A stretch of DNA of 64,000 nt from Octopus sinensis (GCF_006345805.1 NC_043015.1:44950001-45014000); one strand, 5' to 3'; positions 1 to 13,187 are shown, counted from the first letter of the stretch. Made by a program: numbers and translations. Notes: generated by a model from the letters alone, not told the origin.

Positions 1-180
1 TGAAGCCTTGATGGAAATTACGTATGTTTTACAAGAGCGGATGTTTAAGATGATGATGCAAATCTTTAAAAAGTGTAGTTAGGCAACGAATTATTCATGT
101 ATAATCAATTGATCCGTGTTTGAATCGATAAGAAGGACTAAATTATTGACAACCTCATGAGTTGAAATGTTCGTTATTTT

Positions 181-602
181 GGATCTTTTCGGTTTGAACG
201 GCAGTTTTTTAAAATAATTTCCACGTAACAAAACACTTTTAAACTTCGTATATTGGTAAAATGTGTTTATAAAACATCTTTTTCTCTTGGCTTTATTGAG
301 AAAATTCCATAAGTTTGTAAGATATTTGTTGGTTTTCTTTTTTCAATTTCTGCAATTTCAACCAATCAATGACATCTATTGAGGTAAAAAAAACATTCTG
401 TGCCGTATGAATATGTCCCTCGTTTAAGAAACAGATTGGGTTTATTAACATTTGTGAAGAAAAAAAGATACCCTTCCCCCTACCCCTAACCCTAACTCTA
501 AAGTAGATTGAAATGCAATAGATCGATATTAGGGTCATAATTATGGGTGACAATTTCATATGATACCGCTAGAAAAAACTGCCGTTCAAACCGAAAAGAT
601 CC
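181..602. mobile_element. MITE-E, complete, with 8-bp TSD
   Basis: TIR GGATCTTTTCGGTTTGAACGGCAGTTTTT at both ends. TSD GTTATTTT at 173-180 and 603-610. Confidence 0.92.
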
Positions 603-1744
603 GTTATTTTTAGAAATTTGCGATTACGTTAAGTGTAACTAGTTTTTGACCCCTTGGTAAACGTGGTCTAATTTTCAGAGACACAAAGCCACTCTTTCTT
701 CGCTAACAAACAATAGACGGGACGTTGAAACGATTGACTCCCCTCGCTCGCATTGTACGTAAAAATCATTTGCATATGATGATTAATTAGGGCATGTTAT
801 TTAGTGTGTGCGTAAGAGACAGAGAGAGAGTGTGTGTGTGTGTATGTGTGTGTACATGCGTTAATGACTGCGTGTGAGTGCGTATGTGTTAGTCTATGTA
901 TCAGTCTGTGTGTGTGTGTCAGTAGCGTAGCCAGTGGAGAGGGGGGGCAATGGGGACAGTTCGCTCCGGGCAACGCTTTTATGGGAACGGCACTTTGGGG
1001 TCTGTTGTATAAAGCCTGCGTAGGAGTGGAGAGGTGGCTCACCCCGGGGGCTGTTCCAGACGGCACACGCTCCAGCGACGTCACCGATGCGTATTTTATT
1101 TGCTTTTGGAGAAATTTAGCGGCACTGCATAAATTATTAAAAATTGTGAGTTAAGATTGTGATTAAGGAGTTAAGAAACAACGAAAAAAAATTCGTTTTC
1201 CGTCGTCCAAACAGTCTTTTTAAAATAAAAGGCAGGTTTTGTCGTAAAGCGAATTTAGGAAATATATTATTACCAAACAAACCCAAAGGACCAGTTTTCG
1301 GTTATGCGACAGAGCTGTCCCAGTAACTTGGCGGCGGTTCTGCAAAAATTGAGCGATATAATGAGTACAAAACTTTAAAAAAAAATAATGGGTTCGATTT
1401 GTTCGACTAAAAATATCTTGAAGGAGGTGCCCCAGCGTGGCCGCAATTTAATGGCTGAAGCAAGTAAAAGATAAAAGATAAGAGAGCCAGACAAGATAGT
1501 CTTCTGCTTCTTCTTCTTCTTCTTCTTGTTGCTGCTGCTGCTGCTGCTGCTGCTATTACTGTCGTTGTTGTTGTTGTCGTCTTGTCTTTATTATTATTAT
1601 CTTATTGTCTGATTCACCCTTCCTTATTTTTTTAAATCAAGAGGATGTGAAGTCAGCCTGGAACTTTTAGCTGCTATTTCTATAAGGTCCAAAGGGCCAT
1701 GTCGAAGGTCACCTTGTTAACTGTTCTTCTTTTCTTTTCTTTTA

Positions 1745-2136
1745 TTCTTATACTTGTTTCAGTCATTTGACTGCGGCCATGCTGGAGCACCGCCTTTAGT
1801 CGAATCAAATTGACCCCAGGACTTATTCATTGTAAGCCTAATACTTATTCTATCAGCCTCTTTTGCCGAACCGCCAAGTGACGGGGACGTACACACACCA
1901 GCATCGGTTGTCAAGCAATGCTGGGGGGACAAACACAGACACACAAGCATATACACACACACATACATATAAACGACGGGCTTCTTTCAGTTTCCGTCTA
2001 CCAAATCCACTCACAAGGCTTTGGTCGGCCCGAGGCTATAGTAGAAGACAGTTGCCCAAGGGCCACGCAGTGGGACTGAACCCGGAACCATGTGGTTGGT
2101 AAGCAAGCTACTTACCACACAGCCGCTCCTACGCCT
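1745..2136 (-). mobile_element. SINE-A (tRNA-derived head, internal (TA)/(CA) microsatellite)
   Basis: Head GGCG(C/T)AGGAGTGGCTGTGTGGTAAG, B-box-like GGTTCAGTCCC, tail GAAACAAGTAAAAG. The relation to the named octopus SINEs (OK/OR1/OR2) was not verified. Confidence 0.9.
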
Positions 2137-2360
2137 AGAGTAGATTGGATTTTTTTTTTCATCAGTATTGTTAATCTACACATACAGTGATAAAATATTT
2201 AAAAACATCTGTCATTTTCATAATAAATGCTATTCATACCATTTCAGAGTTTTCCAAGCGAAAAGATAAGAATAAACGGCTTAAAATAAGACTGAATTGG
2301 TATCTGAAAACTATCAAATATATCAGCAGAATAGATGTGAGAGGTCACTATTATAAAAAC

Positions 2361-2406
<46 letters not shown>

Positions 2407-2518
2407 ACACACACACACACATCATGTTGGTGTTGAAATTCCATTGAAAAAGACTTGGATCTAGGTTAGAAACCGGCTTTTTCTCTATTGGCAAGAAATC
2501 TTGAAAGAAAACTGAATA

Positions 2519-2910
2519 ATGACATACATACATACATACATACATACATACATACATACATACATACATACGTACGTACGTACATACATACATACATACA
2601 TACATACATACATACATACGTACGTACGTACGTACGTACATACATACATACATACATACATACATACATACATACATACGTACGTACGTACGTACGTACG
2701 TACATACATACATACATACATACATACGTACGTACGTACGTACGTACATACATACATACATACGTACGTACATATATACATATATACATACATACATACA
2801 AACATACATACATACATACATACATACATACATACGTACGTACGTACGTACATACATACATGCATGCATACATATGTACGTACGTACGTACATACATACA
2901 TACATACATT
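2519..2910. repeat. Compound (TACA)n/(TACG)n microsatellite
   Basis: Read directly from the sequence. Confidence 0.95.
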
Positions 2911-3224
2911 CTTTCTCATATACATACGTACATTCATGTGCACGTACAGTCGCATACAAATATTTATATATGCATACATTTATATAGACATTCATATATA
3001 CATACATTCATAAATACACACATAAACATAGAAACATACCCGTAAATATACATACGTATATGTGAATATATGTGTGTGCTGGTACAAACACGCTATCATA
3101 AAGATAGCATATTTGGTATTATGGTTAGTGCATATTTATCTATTTGTATATGTCTGTGTGCGCGCGTATGTGTGTGTGTTTGTGCGTGCATGTATATGTT
3201 TGTCTATGCGTCTGTGTATTTGAA

Positions 3225-3380
3225 TCCGAGTAAAAAAAGTCACAGGAAAAAAAGTCGCAGGGGTTTTGTCCGGGGAAGGGATTGTCCGGGGAAGGGATTG
3301 TCCGAGGGGGTTTGTCCTAGAGGGCTTTGTCCGAACCCCATAAATTAATTGTAACTTTTTTTCCTGTGACTTTATTACCG
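3225..3380. mobile_element. Small MITE with internal TTGTCC/G-run tandem units
   Basis: TIRs ccgagtaaaaaaagtcacaggaaaaaaagt / actttttttcctgtgactttattaccgg. Confidence 0.7.
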
Positions 3381-3481
3381 GTCAGCGTGTATTTTGCTTG
3401 GATTTGAGAAGACGACTAATGGTGAATGTATTTTTATGATAGAGAAACCTTGCTATGCCCATGTTTATATTCTTTTCTACT

Positions 3482-3684
3482 CTAGGCACAAGGCCTGAAA
3501 TTTTGGGGGAGGGGCCAGTCGATTAGATTGACCCCAGAACGCAACTGGTACTTAATTTATCGACCCCGAAAGGATGAAAGGCAAAGTCGACCTCGGTGGA
3601 ATTTGAACTCAGAACGTAAAGACAGACGAAATACCACTAAACATTTCGCCCGGCGTGCTAACGGTTCTGCCAGTTCGCCGCCTT
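3482..3684 (-). mobile_element. SINE-B (AAGGCGGCGAGCTGGCAGAAACGTTAGC... GAGTTCAAATTCC...)
   Basis: Family match with a B-box-like GAGTTCAAATTCC. Confidence 0.88.
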
Positions 3685-3764
3685 TATGTCCATGTTTATA
3701 TTAATTTACTACTAGCTTCATTAAAGCCAATATTAAAAAGAAGAAATCAAGCAAAAACAGCGTA

Positions 3765-4180
3765 AATACTGATAAAAAGAATAACAATAACAACTAGAAA
3801 AGCACACGGAGATCGCAGACCTCCGTCAAGCAGCTCATTTTAAGATAGATACGCGCGTAAAATTACTAATAGAGAAACGAAAATAAACTTTGGAAACAGC
3901 AACGCCACCATAGGTTACGTGGAAGCGATGGACGTGTTTTCAAGGGAGTTAATCAAAGAACGTAGCATTGTAATACTTCATGTAAAGTAAATATAACAAA
4001 TGAAAGATCCTTGAAGAATCCATAAAAATTCCCGGATCACTACCAAAATGTCATCATCAGTTCCTTGTGTCATTATCAACTTTTCCTGCAAGTTTCATCA
4101 AATACCGTTCGCAAATTTTTGAGTTATTTTGCACACAGACGGACAAACCAATGCCGATGAAAACATAACCTTCCAAGAAG
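3765..4180 (+). mobile_element. Helentron-associated (HINE-like) non-autonomous element
   Basis: The start AACTAGAAAAGCAC...GCAGACCTCCG and the end cacagacggacaaacc...GAAAACATAACC fit the family architecture as I recall it. Confidence 0.5.
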
Positions 4181-4221
4181 TTCCCTTCGCAACCATGTAC
4201 TTTTTGGTTCAGTCCCACATA

Positions 4222-4543
4222 TTTTTCTTTTGGCTTTATTGAGAAAATTCTATAGTTTGTAAGATATTTGTCGTTGTTTTTTTCTTCAATTTCTGCAATT
4301 TCAACCAATCAATGACGTCTAACTGAGGTGAAAACATTCTGTGCCGTATGAATATGTCCCTCGTTTAAGAAACAGATTGGGTTTATTTACATTTCTGAAG
4401 AAAAAAATATACCCTTCCTCCACCCCTAACCCTAACTCTAAAACAGATTGAAATGCAATAGATCGATACCAGGGTCATGATTATGGGTGACAATTTCATA
4501 TGACACCGCTAGAAAAAAACTGCCGTTCAAACCGAAAAGATCC
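4222..4543. mobile_element. MITE-E, truncated
   Basis: Same body as 181-602 with one TIR ending at 4543. Confidence 0.85.
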
Positions 4544-5193
4544 GAAAAGGCTATATTTTCATTTCAATTTGGTTATCATATTCTTTATCTGTCGATTCTC
4601 TTCAGCGTAAGTGCGTCACAGTTTTGAAATATATTCATTAATTTCTGTTGGCTGTAGTTTTTAACCTTTGCATAGTATGTATATCACCTCCTACCACGGA
4701 TAAAACAAGATTTTTTTTTTATTTTAACATTCGGTATTTATCAATATAGCTGAAGTCCCTTTATTTGTTTTTGGTTGTCAATTCGTTATCATTTTTTTTT
4801 TCGATCCAATTATGTTTCCCCATCCCCATTCAGCGGGGCTGAAGTTTCATTTTTTTATTTCTGACGTTATCTTTGTCTTTTTATCTTTTATTTGTTTCAG
4901 ACGTTGAACTATGGCCATGCTGGGGCACCGACTTGAAGGGTTTAGTCAAACAAGTAGTCCCTAGTACTTAATATTTTTTTAATGTGTATGTATGTGTGTG
5001 TGTGCGCGCGGGCGCACGTGTACAGACGCATACATACGTATAATTATACGTATATATATATATCACTGTGATCACCGTGATTACCGTGACCGACCAGGCT
5101 ATCAGATGTTGCTACTCATCGCTGGTCACAATGCGCTTCGCATTGTTTTAGCCTTCAAATGACGCCAACACGCTGGCTAAGCGAGCAGGCCAA

Positions 5194-5327
<134 letters not shown>

Positions 5328-6165
5328 GATATATAAAATTAATAAATAAATAAAACATATATGTACGTACCTACCTCTATATGTATATATACATGCATAT
5401 ATGTGAACAGGACACCAAAAAACGTCGAACACAATGAGAAATAAAAACATAAACACAAAACCAAGGAAATGGACATTATTCTTAACGAAAAAATAGAGTA
5501 CAGGACATACAAAACAAGGAAAATTCCCCTTCTTCAGTCGCCTTTGTTTCATCTACTCCACGTTTCGAAGGTCAAGGCGATACATGACTTTAATGAAACA
5601 ATCCTTCCCGCGAAAATCAAATTAAATAAAATTTGAGATTTTTTTGCGGAGGGGTAAAAATGGTAACAAAAACAGGACAGTAACGACAGTACAAAATATA
5701 AACAGTAAAAGACAGGACAAGGAGAATAACAGTAACACAAACAAGAAGGGCTGTTAAGCCGAACGAGATAAAAAATTTTACGAACGCTATTTTTTGAGAA
5801 CGGCGAGGGAGCAACAGATGTGCCGTCTCTACTTGAAGGTAGCCAGAAGAAAGACAGTAGTAGAGTTCTCGTTGCGGGTCAACGACGGGAGGGAGGAGGA
5901 GGAGTAAGGGAAAGGGAGAGAAAAAAAGGGAATGGTTGTAGAGAAAAGAATGAAGAATGAGAGAGAGAGAGGGAGAGACAGTAAGGTGGAAGAAAGCCAA
6001 AAGAATGAAGGCTGAGAAATGGAGGGAGAGAGAAAGGTTAAGAGTGCGCATCATTATTAATATTAAGAACAATCTTACTTAGAAATGGATGCGTGCGTTC
6101 CGTCATATAATAAATTAATAAATAAATAAAACACATGCATATATACATATATATATGTATACATG

Positions 6166-6229
<64 letters not shown>

Positions 6230-6814
6230 CGGTGGTGCTCCAGCATGATCGCAGCCGCATGGCTAAAACTAGTAAAAGAATATACTGTTTCTTACTTACA
6301 AAATGACTATGACTAAAACCAAATTTTGCCAAGTGCCTATTTTTTTAAGGGTCACCAGTTGCTGAAACAAATTAATCAACATAATATAGCCGTGATGTCT
6401 TTAAAATGTTAACATTCACCGACAGCTAGTTTAAATACACTTCATGGGTGGGGGCAGTATATTCTAATGAATCCAACTATAGACATCTCATGGCAGAGTT
6501 CAACACAATACAAATCAGAAGGCTAGAATTTCAAATTTTAACAGTCAGCTCTTACAGTTCTTGATACAGAAGACATTCTATGGAACATCAAATTACATGG
6601 CAAAGTAAAATAAAAGAAGAAAAACAGTCTCTAATGAGTCGACAGCTAAGCTGGATAGTTATACAATATCAGTAGAAAAAATATGTCAAGGGCTGTGCAT
6701 GTTGACAGGTATACAGTGTTAATAGGTGGAACTTTGAAGGGTGTTATTTGAAAATTTTGGTACAATCACGAAATGTAGCTTGCAGTATGTAAAACCAAAA
6801 TACGCATATGTATG

Positions 6815-6822
6815 TATATATG

Positions 6823-6896
<74 letters not shown>

Positions 6897-6898
6897 GA

Positions 6899-6955
<57 letters not shown>
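6815..6955. repeat. (TA)n microsatellite; others at about 30120-30270 and 60030-60420
   Basis: Read directly from the sequence. Confidence 0.95.
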
Positions 6956-6956
<1 letters not shown>

Positions 6957-6959
6957 GTT

Positions 6960-7170
6960 AATACAAGCATGAACAAAGAGAAAACACAACAACGCGAGGA
7001 CGTGGAACAAGTATGGTGTTATTGGACACTTAGGAAAGGAAAGGAAAGAAAGAAAGAAGGAGATTTAACGTTTCGAGCTGAGCTCTTCGTCAAAAATATA
7101 GAAAAAAGGAAAAGTCCAAAGAAGGGAAGACGGAGAAAGAAAATCGCCAACGATACTCACGCGGTCACAT
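6960..7170 (-). mobile_element. Penelope-like pLTR-type repeat with a degenerate minimal hammerhead core
   Basis: The minus strand at 7093-7067 reads TTGACGAAGAGCTCAGCTCGAAACGTT. Confidence 0.5.
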
Positions 7171-7182
7171 ACATACACACAT

Positions 7183-7277
<95 letters not shown>

Positions 7278-8219
7278 TAGATATAGATACATACATAAAC
7301 ATATATACATACATATATATATACATACAGATATATATACATATATATATGCACACACACTCACATATATACATATACATATAATATATACATATATATA
7401 TTCATAAAAATATACGCGTATGTGTATGTGTATATGCGTGTGTGTGTGCGTGCGTGTATTTGTATATCTATATGTAATTGTATGTGTGTATATATTTATG
7501 CAGGTATGTATGTATGCGTGCATGCATGCACGTATGCATGCACGCACATATGCATGCACGTATGTATGTATGTATGTATGTATGTATGTATGTAGTTAAT
7601 CTCAACCACCCGACAACGACGAGTTCGTGATGGTGGCGGAGGAGGAGAAGATGGTGGTGGTGGTGAATCTCAGTCGATCGTTGATGAGGATTCAGTCTTT
7701 TCGCTTGGCCGAGTATTCCACTAACACGTCCTTCCCAGCGACAGAACCAGTGTCTTGTCACGCAGAAATTCGACGAGACTGTGTCCCTTACGTTAAAGGT
7801 TACAAATACATTTTATCCGGCGGTATTAAGCAGTTTCTGTGCACAATTTTAATAAATTGAAAATTTACCACGAACGGCGTTCAGTATTCACCTTTCATCA
7901 TTATAAATCCACTTCCGTCGACTTCCGGTTCCCCCATTTTTATGTCATTGACCCCCAGCGGCGTTGTTTTATCTTCCCTTCTTTCCGTTTTCATCTTGCA
8001 AATTATTCGTCTCTAAAAATGTCCTTTACTACTTTCTGTAAACGTTTTAACATTTGACGGACACAATCTGTAACTGAAACAGTAAAAATATGCAAGAATT
8101 TTCTAAAGTTCAACGTGGTTTCTGGAAAGAATTCTTATAAAAATGTCATACACACACGCACACATACACACATACACACGCATGTACGCGTACACACGCA
8201 CACAAAGACACGCGCGCAT

Positions 8220-8260
<41 letters not shown>

Positions 8261-8267
8261 TGCGTTA

Positions 8268-8640
8268 GGAGGCGCAATGGCCCAGTGGTTAGGGCAGCGG
8301 ACTCGCGGCCGGAGGATCGCGGTTTCGATTCTCAGACCGAGCATTGTGTGTGTTTATTGAGCGAAAACACCTTAAGTTCCACGAAGCTCCGGCAGGGGGT
8401 GGTGGCGACCCCTGTTGTACTCTTTCGCCCCAACTTTCTCTCACTCTTTCTTCCTGTTTCTTGTCCCCGACTTCCTACGCAACCGCTGAGCCTGGATGCG
8501 CATTCATCCATCCGTCGATATTCTCGGTGTCGGGGGTTGATCTGCTTTCTCTTCTGCGGGTCTTACGAATAGTAAAGGACCACGTTTCGGACTTCTCCCA
8601 CTCTGGGACGAAGACCGCTTCGCTCAACAAACAAACAAAC
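8268..8640 (+). mobile_element. SINE-D (tRNA-like head GGCGCAATGGCCCAGTGGTTAGGGCAGCGGACTCGCGG...)
   Basis: A-box-like and B-box-like head shared with the copies at 17608 and 49468. Confidence 0.85.
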
Positions 8641-8679
8641 AAATACACATGCGTTTATGTATAATGTATTATTTTGTTC

Positions 8680-8874
8680 TTTTACTTGTTTCAGTCATTT
8701 GACTGTGGCCATGCTGGAGCACCGCCTTTAGCCGAACAAATCGCCCCCAGGACTTATTCTTTGTAAGCCTAGTACTTATTCTATCGGTCTCTTTTGCCGA
8801 ACTGCTAAGTTACGGGGACGTAAACACACCAGCATCGGTTGTCAAGCGACGTTGGGAGGGGGAACAAACTCAGA

Positions 8875-8910
<36 letters not shown>

Positions 8911-9093
8911 TACATACATATACATATATACGACAGGCTTCTTTCAGTTTCTGTCTACCAAATCCACTCACAAGGCTTTGGTCGGCCCGAGGCTATAGTA
9001 GAAGACACTTGCCCAAGGTGTCACGCAGTGGGAATGAACCCGGAACCATGTGGTTGGTAAGCAAGCTACTTACCACACAGCCACTCCTACACC
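8680..9093 (-). mobile_element. SINE-A
   Basis: Family match. Confidence 0.9.
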
Positions 9094-9274
9094 AATAAAA
9101 AGCAAATTATCTGTCAGAAGTGTAACAAAATTTTTATTTATTCATTTTGTCTTTGGTCAGTAAATGTTACTTCCTATTTGCTTCTATCTATAAATCAAAG
9201 GAAATGACTACTATTCCCTTCAAACTTTGCTTTTGTGACCTGGATATCAATATTTTGAAACTGCCCTATTTCCC

Positions 9275-9652
9275 ACTAGCAGTATCGCCCGGCGTTGCTC
9301 GGGTTTGTAAGGGAAATAACTATATAAGCAATTTTAGAGAGTTACTTCCTTTATATCTTACAGTCGTGATTCATATCGAGCCCTTCTGGGTATTAGCGCG
9401 CGTCTACGATGAGTCTATATTTTAAAAAAATTACCATCATTTTTTTCCATTTTAATGCATTTTTTCGCTGTTATATAAGGGAAGTAACTCTCTAAAAATG
9501 TCTACGATGAGTCAACGATTTTTAAAAAAATTACCATCATTTTTTTCCATTTTTAATGCATTTTTTTGCTATTTTTTGGCTATAACTCTCTAAAAATGCT
9601 TATATAGTTATTTCCCTTACAAACCCGAGCAACGCCGGGCGATACTGCTAGT
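9275..9652. mobile_element. Foldback element/MITE with about 55-bp perfect TIRs
   Basis: ACTAGCAGTATCGCCCGGCGTTGCTCGGGTTTGTAAGGGAAATAACTATATAAGCA and its exact reverse complement. Confidence 0.88.
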
Positions 9653-10559
9653 AGGAAATAAAAGTTGCTACTCAAGAACAAAAATCACTTAAGAAGGTGT
9701 AACGCATTATGTTAGCATTCAAATACCGATGCTTCTGAAGTTATGGACCTTCCTCTGTGTGTGCGTGTGTGTGTGTGCGTGCGTGTGTTTCTGTTAATAA
9801 ATGCTAAAGTTAAGTTGCTAAATATAGAACTACCTAATATGAATTTCGCCTCCATCTTAGTTTCAGCGTAAGGTGGCACGTTGACCCTTTGTTGAAGAGC
9901 AAGCCAATGGGGGCAAATTCTTTTCATATCAAAATATTTATGTTGTTTGTCAAAAAAATCTAGGTTAAATACTGTTAGATACATCAATTTAGAAAGAATC
10001 TTATTTCAGCAGATTTGTATTATATGCAGATAATTCAAGTATACATAACGTGTACATTAGTGAGCGAACGACGTTACCAGACGTTCAAAAACGAACCCCC
10101 GAGATTAAAAAAAAAAACGAAAGAAAGAAATAAAAAAGAGAAGAAAAAATACCGGTAATAAAGTTTATAAATAAATAAATACACAGAATAGATTTACAGA
10201 GACTGGAAGCGGTGGAATTGGCATTCAGATTATTCTGTCAAATGTAATGCTTATTTATTCACACTATCTCGGGGCATTGAGGTTTCAATAATGCGATTGC
10301 TTATTTTTAGAATTACATTGTAAAATGAGAGGCCAGATGGGGTCAATTTCTCCATAAAACAGGAAGAATATTTGGGATGGATGAGGCCGGTTTAAATGCT
10401 AAAGAGCTAATCTTACAAGTGACTTGCAGCAGCTCACGTCAAGAGGTCAAACAACCACAATGTAATAGACCCACATGAATAAGAAGGCGACAAGAAAAAG
10501 AAAACAAGAAGAGAGAAGATCAAAAAGTCAAGAAGCCACCCTAATCTATCCGGTTTATT

Positions 10560-10790
10560 ACTGGTTCTTGGACCCCTACTGTTTGTTGCATATATTAATG
10601 ATACAGATGCCAACTTGAGGAAAGTTTGCTGTGCTGAAATATGCAGATGACATCAAGCTGTACCTCGAAATAAGAAGAACAGATCCTATGCGCTATAGAT
10701 CGTTCCTGCAATCGGACCTGGACACAATGTAGCAATGGATCTCTGACTGGCAACTCAAGGTTGCTGTGGACATGTATCCAGTAGTAGTAT
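10560..10790 (+). mobile_element. CR1/L2-type LINE RT fragment
   Basis: VLGPLLFVAYIND...KYADDIKLY...LQSDLDTM*QWISDWQL, with a frameshift and a stop. Confidence 0.85.
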
Positions 10791-11342
10791 TATACGTAGC
10801 TCCAGGTTCGCATTTGGGCTTCTGTCGTGTGTGAATAATTGAAAAAAATTTGGAGCGTGGATTAGAATACCTGTTAGATGAACAGACATACCATACATAC
10901 ACACGCACACATTCACACATGCACACACACACACACACTTACATAATAATATATGCATGTGTAACGATAAAGTTTTTAGTTGAAGTCAAGGGTCACCAAC
11001 TGCAGCGGGAGATATTGATTTGTGAACATTATTATGAATTGATTTGTAAACAATATTATGAAATGTCGGTGTTGCGTACTATTATCGTTCAAACATCCAT
11101 TATTTTCGATGTATTCTAACAGCTATGATAACTTATCCCCTAGCGAGACAAACGTTTGTTTATTATTGAACGGAAGTTAAAATCATATAACTGGTGACAA
11201 AAATATGTCAATTACGCAAACGTTAAAACACTATAAAATTACTTATTAGCGACAAATGCAATATTTATCCCCACTTAAACGTGAATGTTTTGTTAAAACA
11301 AACTATACTGCTATGAGAGAAACTTTCGTATTGGTAATGCTT

Positions 11343-12060
11343 ATTTCGTCTGCCGTTACGTTCTGAGTTCAAATTCCGCCGAGGTCGACTTTGCCTTTTA
11401 TCCTTTCGAGGTCGATTAAATAAGTACCAGTTACACACTGGGGTCGATATAATCGACTTAATCCGTGTGTCTGTCCTTGTTTGTCCCCTCTGTGTTTAGC
11501 CCCTTGTGGGTAGTAAAGAAATATTTCGTCTGCCGTTACGGTCTGAGTTCAAATTCCGCCGAGGTCGACTTTGCCTTTTATCCTTTCGAGGTCGATTAAA
11601 TAAGTACCAGTTACGCACTGGGGTCGATATAATCGACTTAATCCGTGTGTCTGTCCTTGTTTGTCCCCTCTGTGTTTAGCCCCTTGTGGGTAGTAAAGAA
11701 ATATTTCGTCTGCCGTTACGGTCTGAGTTCAAATTCCGCCGAGGTCGACTTTGCCTTTCATCCTTTCGAGGTCGATTAAATAAGTACCAGTTACGCACTG
11801 GAGTCGATATAATCGACTTAATCCGTGTGTCTCCTTGTTTGTCCCCTCTGTGAGTAGCCCCTTGTGGGTAGTAAAGAAATATTTCGTCTGCCGTTACGGT
11901 CTGAGTTCAAATTCCGCCGATGTCGACTTTGCCTTTCATCCTTTCGGGTTCGATAAATTAAGTACCAGTTACGCACTGGGATCGATGTAATCGACTTAAT
12001 CGCTTTGTCTGTCCTTGTTTGTCCCCTCTGTGTTTAGCTCCTTGTGGGCAATAAATAAAT
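11343..12060 (+). repeat. Tandem array of four 178-180-bp SINE-B body units
   Basis: Units start at 11343, 11523, 11703 and 11881. Confidence 0.92.
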
Positions 12061-12384
12061 AGCTAACTTTCGTATTGGCTTTTGTTGCAAAATGCAGTCT
12101 TGTTTATATCACTAACGGGGTGATAAATCCCCGTCATCTTCAGCGCAATTTATATAAAAATTTATCCAACAACAGACACAAGGAAGATGTTTTATAGCTG
12201 ATACAAAACACAATCGAGTGGACGCTTGAACGGCAAATGCTATCATAAAACACGGCCGTTACTTTAACTGTGACAAGCTGTTGACTAAGTTCAGTATTGT
12301 TTTCTTTAATATTGGCACAGGCGAGTAACAAGAGCGGAGCGTTGAAGTGAGAGACAGTTCCCACCGCCGAGCGCATGTGTGAAA

Positions 12385-12643
12385 GTTCACAAATCTGTTT
12401 CTTAAAGAGGGACATATTCATTATGCACAGAATGTTATTTACCTAAATGGAGGTCAGCGATTGGTTAAAATTACCGAAATGCTCGAAATTAAAGACGAAA
12501 TATGTTACAACATATAGAATTTTCTCAATAAAGCCAAGAAAAAAAATGATGTTTTATAAACACATTCTACCAGTATACGAAGTTTAAAAGTGTTTAGTTA
12601 ACTAGAAATTGTGTTGAAAAGTGCCGTTCAAAAGGAAAAGCTC
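12385..12643. mobile_element. Diverged MITE-E relative, one end only
   Basis: Shares the MITE-E internal sequence and ends TGCCGTTCAAAAGGAAAAGCTCC. Confidence 0.7.
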
Positions 12644-13187
12644 CTTTTGCTCTTCAGTGCACATTAACTTCAGGTGAGTCTCTCTCTGTTTCACTCATTC
12701 TCTCTCTCTCTCTCTCTCTTACATACTCACACCCTATCTACCTCTCTCGCTCTCTTTCTCTCTCACTCACTCTCTCATACACACACAGTCTATCTATCAC
12801 ACACACACACACACACACACTATCTCTCCTGTTCATCTCTCTTTCCCTTTCTCGCACACAGATACACACATGTAGCCATAACTATGCACGTTTCTATTCT
12901 TAACCAGCAAGCTTACATATCACCTCCAATTAACGCATTCATTCACCTCAAGCTGTCGTCTCTACTCCGTTTCAACCCCATAAACAATACACTGAATACT
13001 TCTCAATCCAAATTTTCCACTTGGGTATTTCGTTCCTTTACACTGCAGTGCCAGTCCACGTTTTTCACCCAGTCGTCAACTTACAAACTACAAAACATAA
13101 CGATAACAGTCAAGCATGTTTATGAACATCCCTTCCAAGAATAGGCAGAGCCGTAAGGGCGTTAAACAGAATGACTTTATTACCGCT

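Noticed and set aside
470-500. Interstitial telomere (CCCTAA)n
   Set aside because: Only about two units, and they are an internal part of every MITE-E copy.
2405-3045. Long ORFs such as MYVCMYV... and TYIHTYIH...
   Set aside because: These are translations of tetranucleotide microsatellites, open by chance. The same applies to the ORFs at about 5150-5550, 6720-7560, 30000-30280 and 59935-60410.
5515-5600. Hammerhead half-motifs (CTTCGAAACG and CTGAAGAAGG) on the minus strand
   Set aside because: The order and stems do not assemble into a hammerhead. No GAAA follows the putative stem II.
11343-12060. CRISPR-like regular repeats
   Set aside because: The units are whole 180-bp SINE bodies with no unique spacers, the context is eukaryotic and there are no cas genes.
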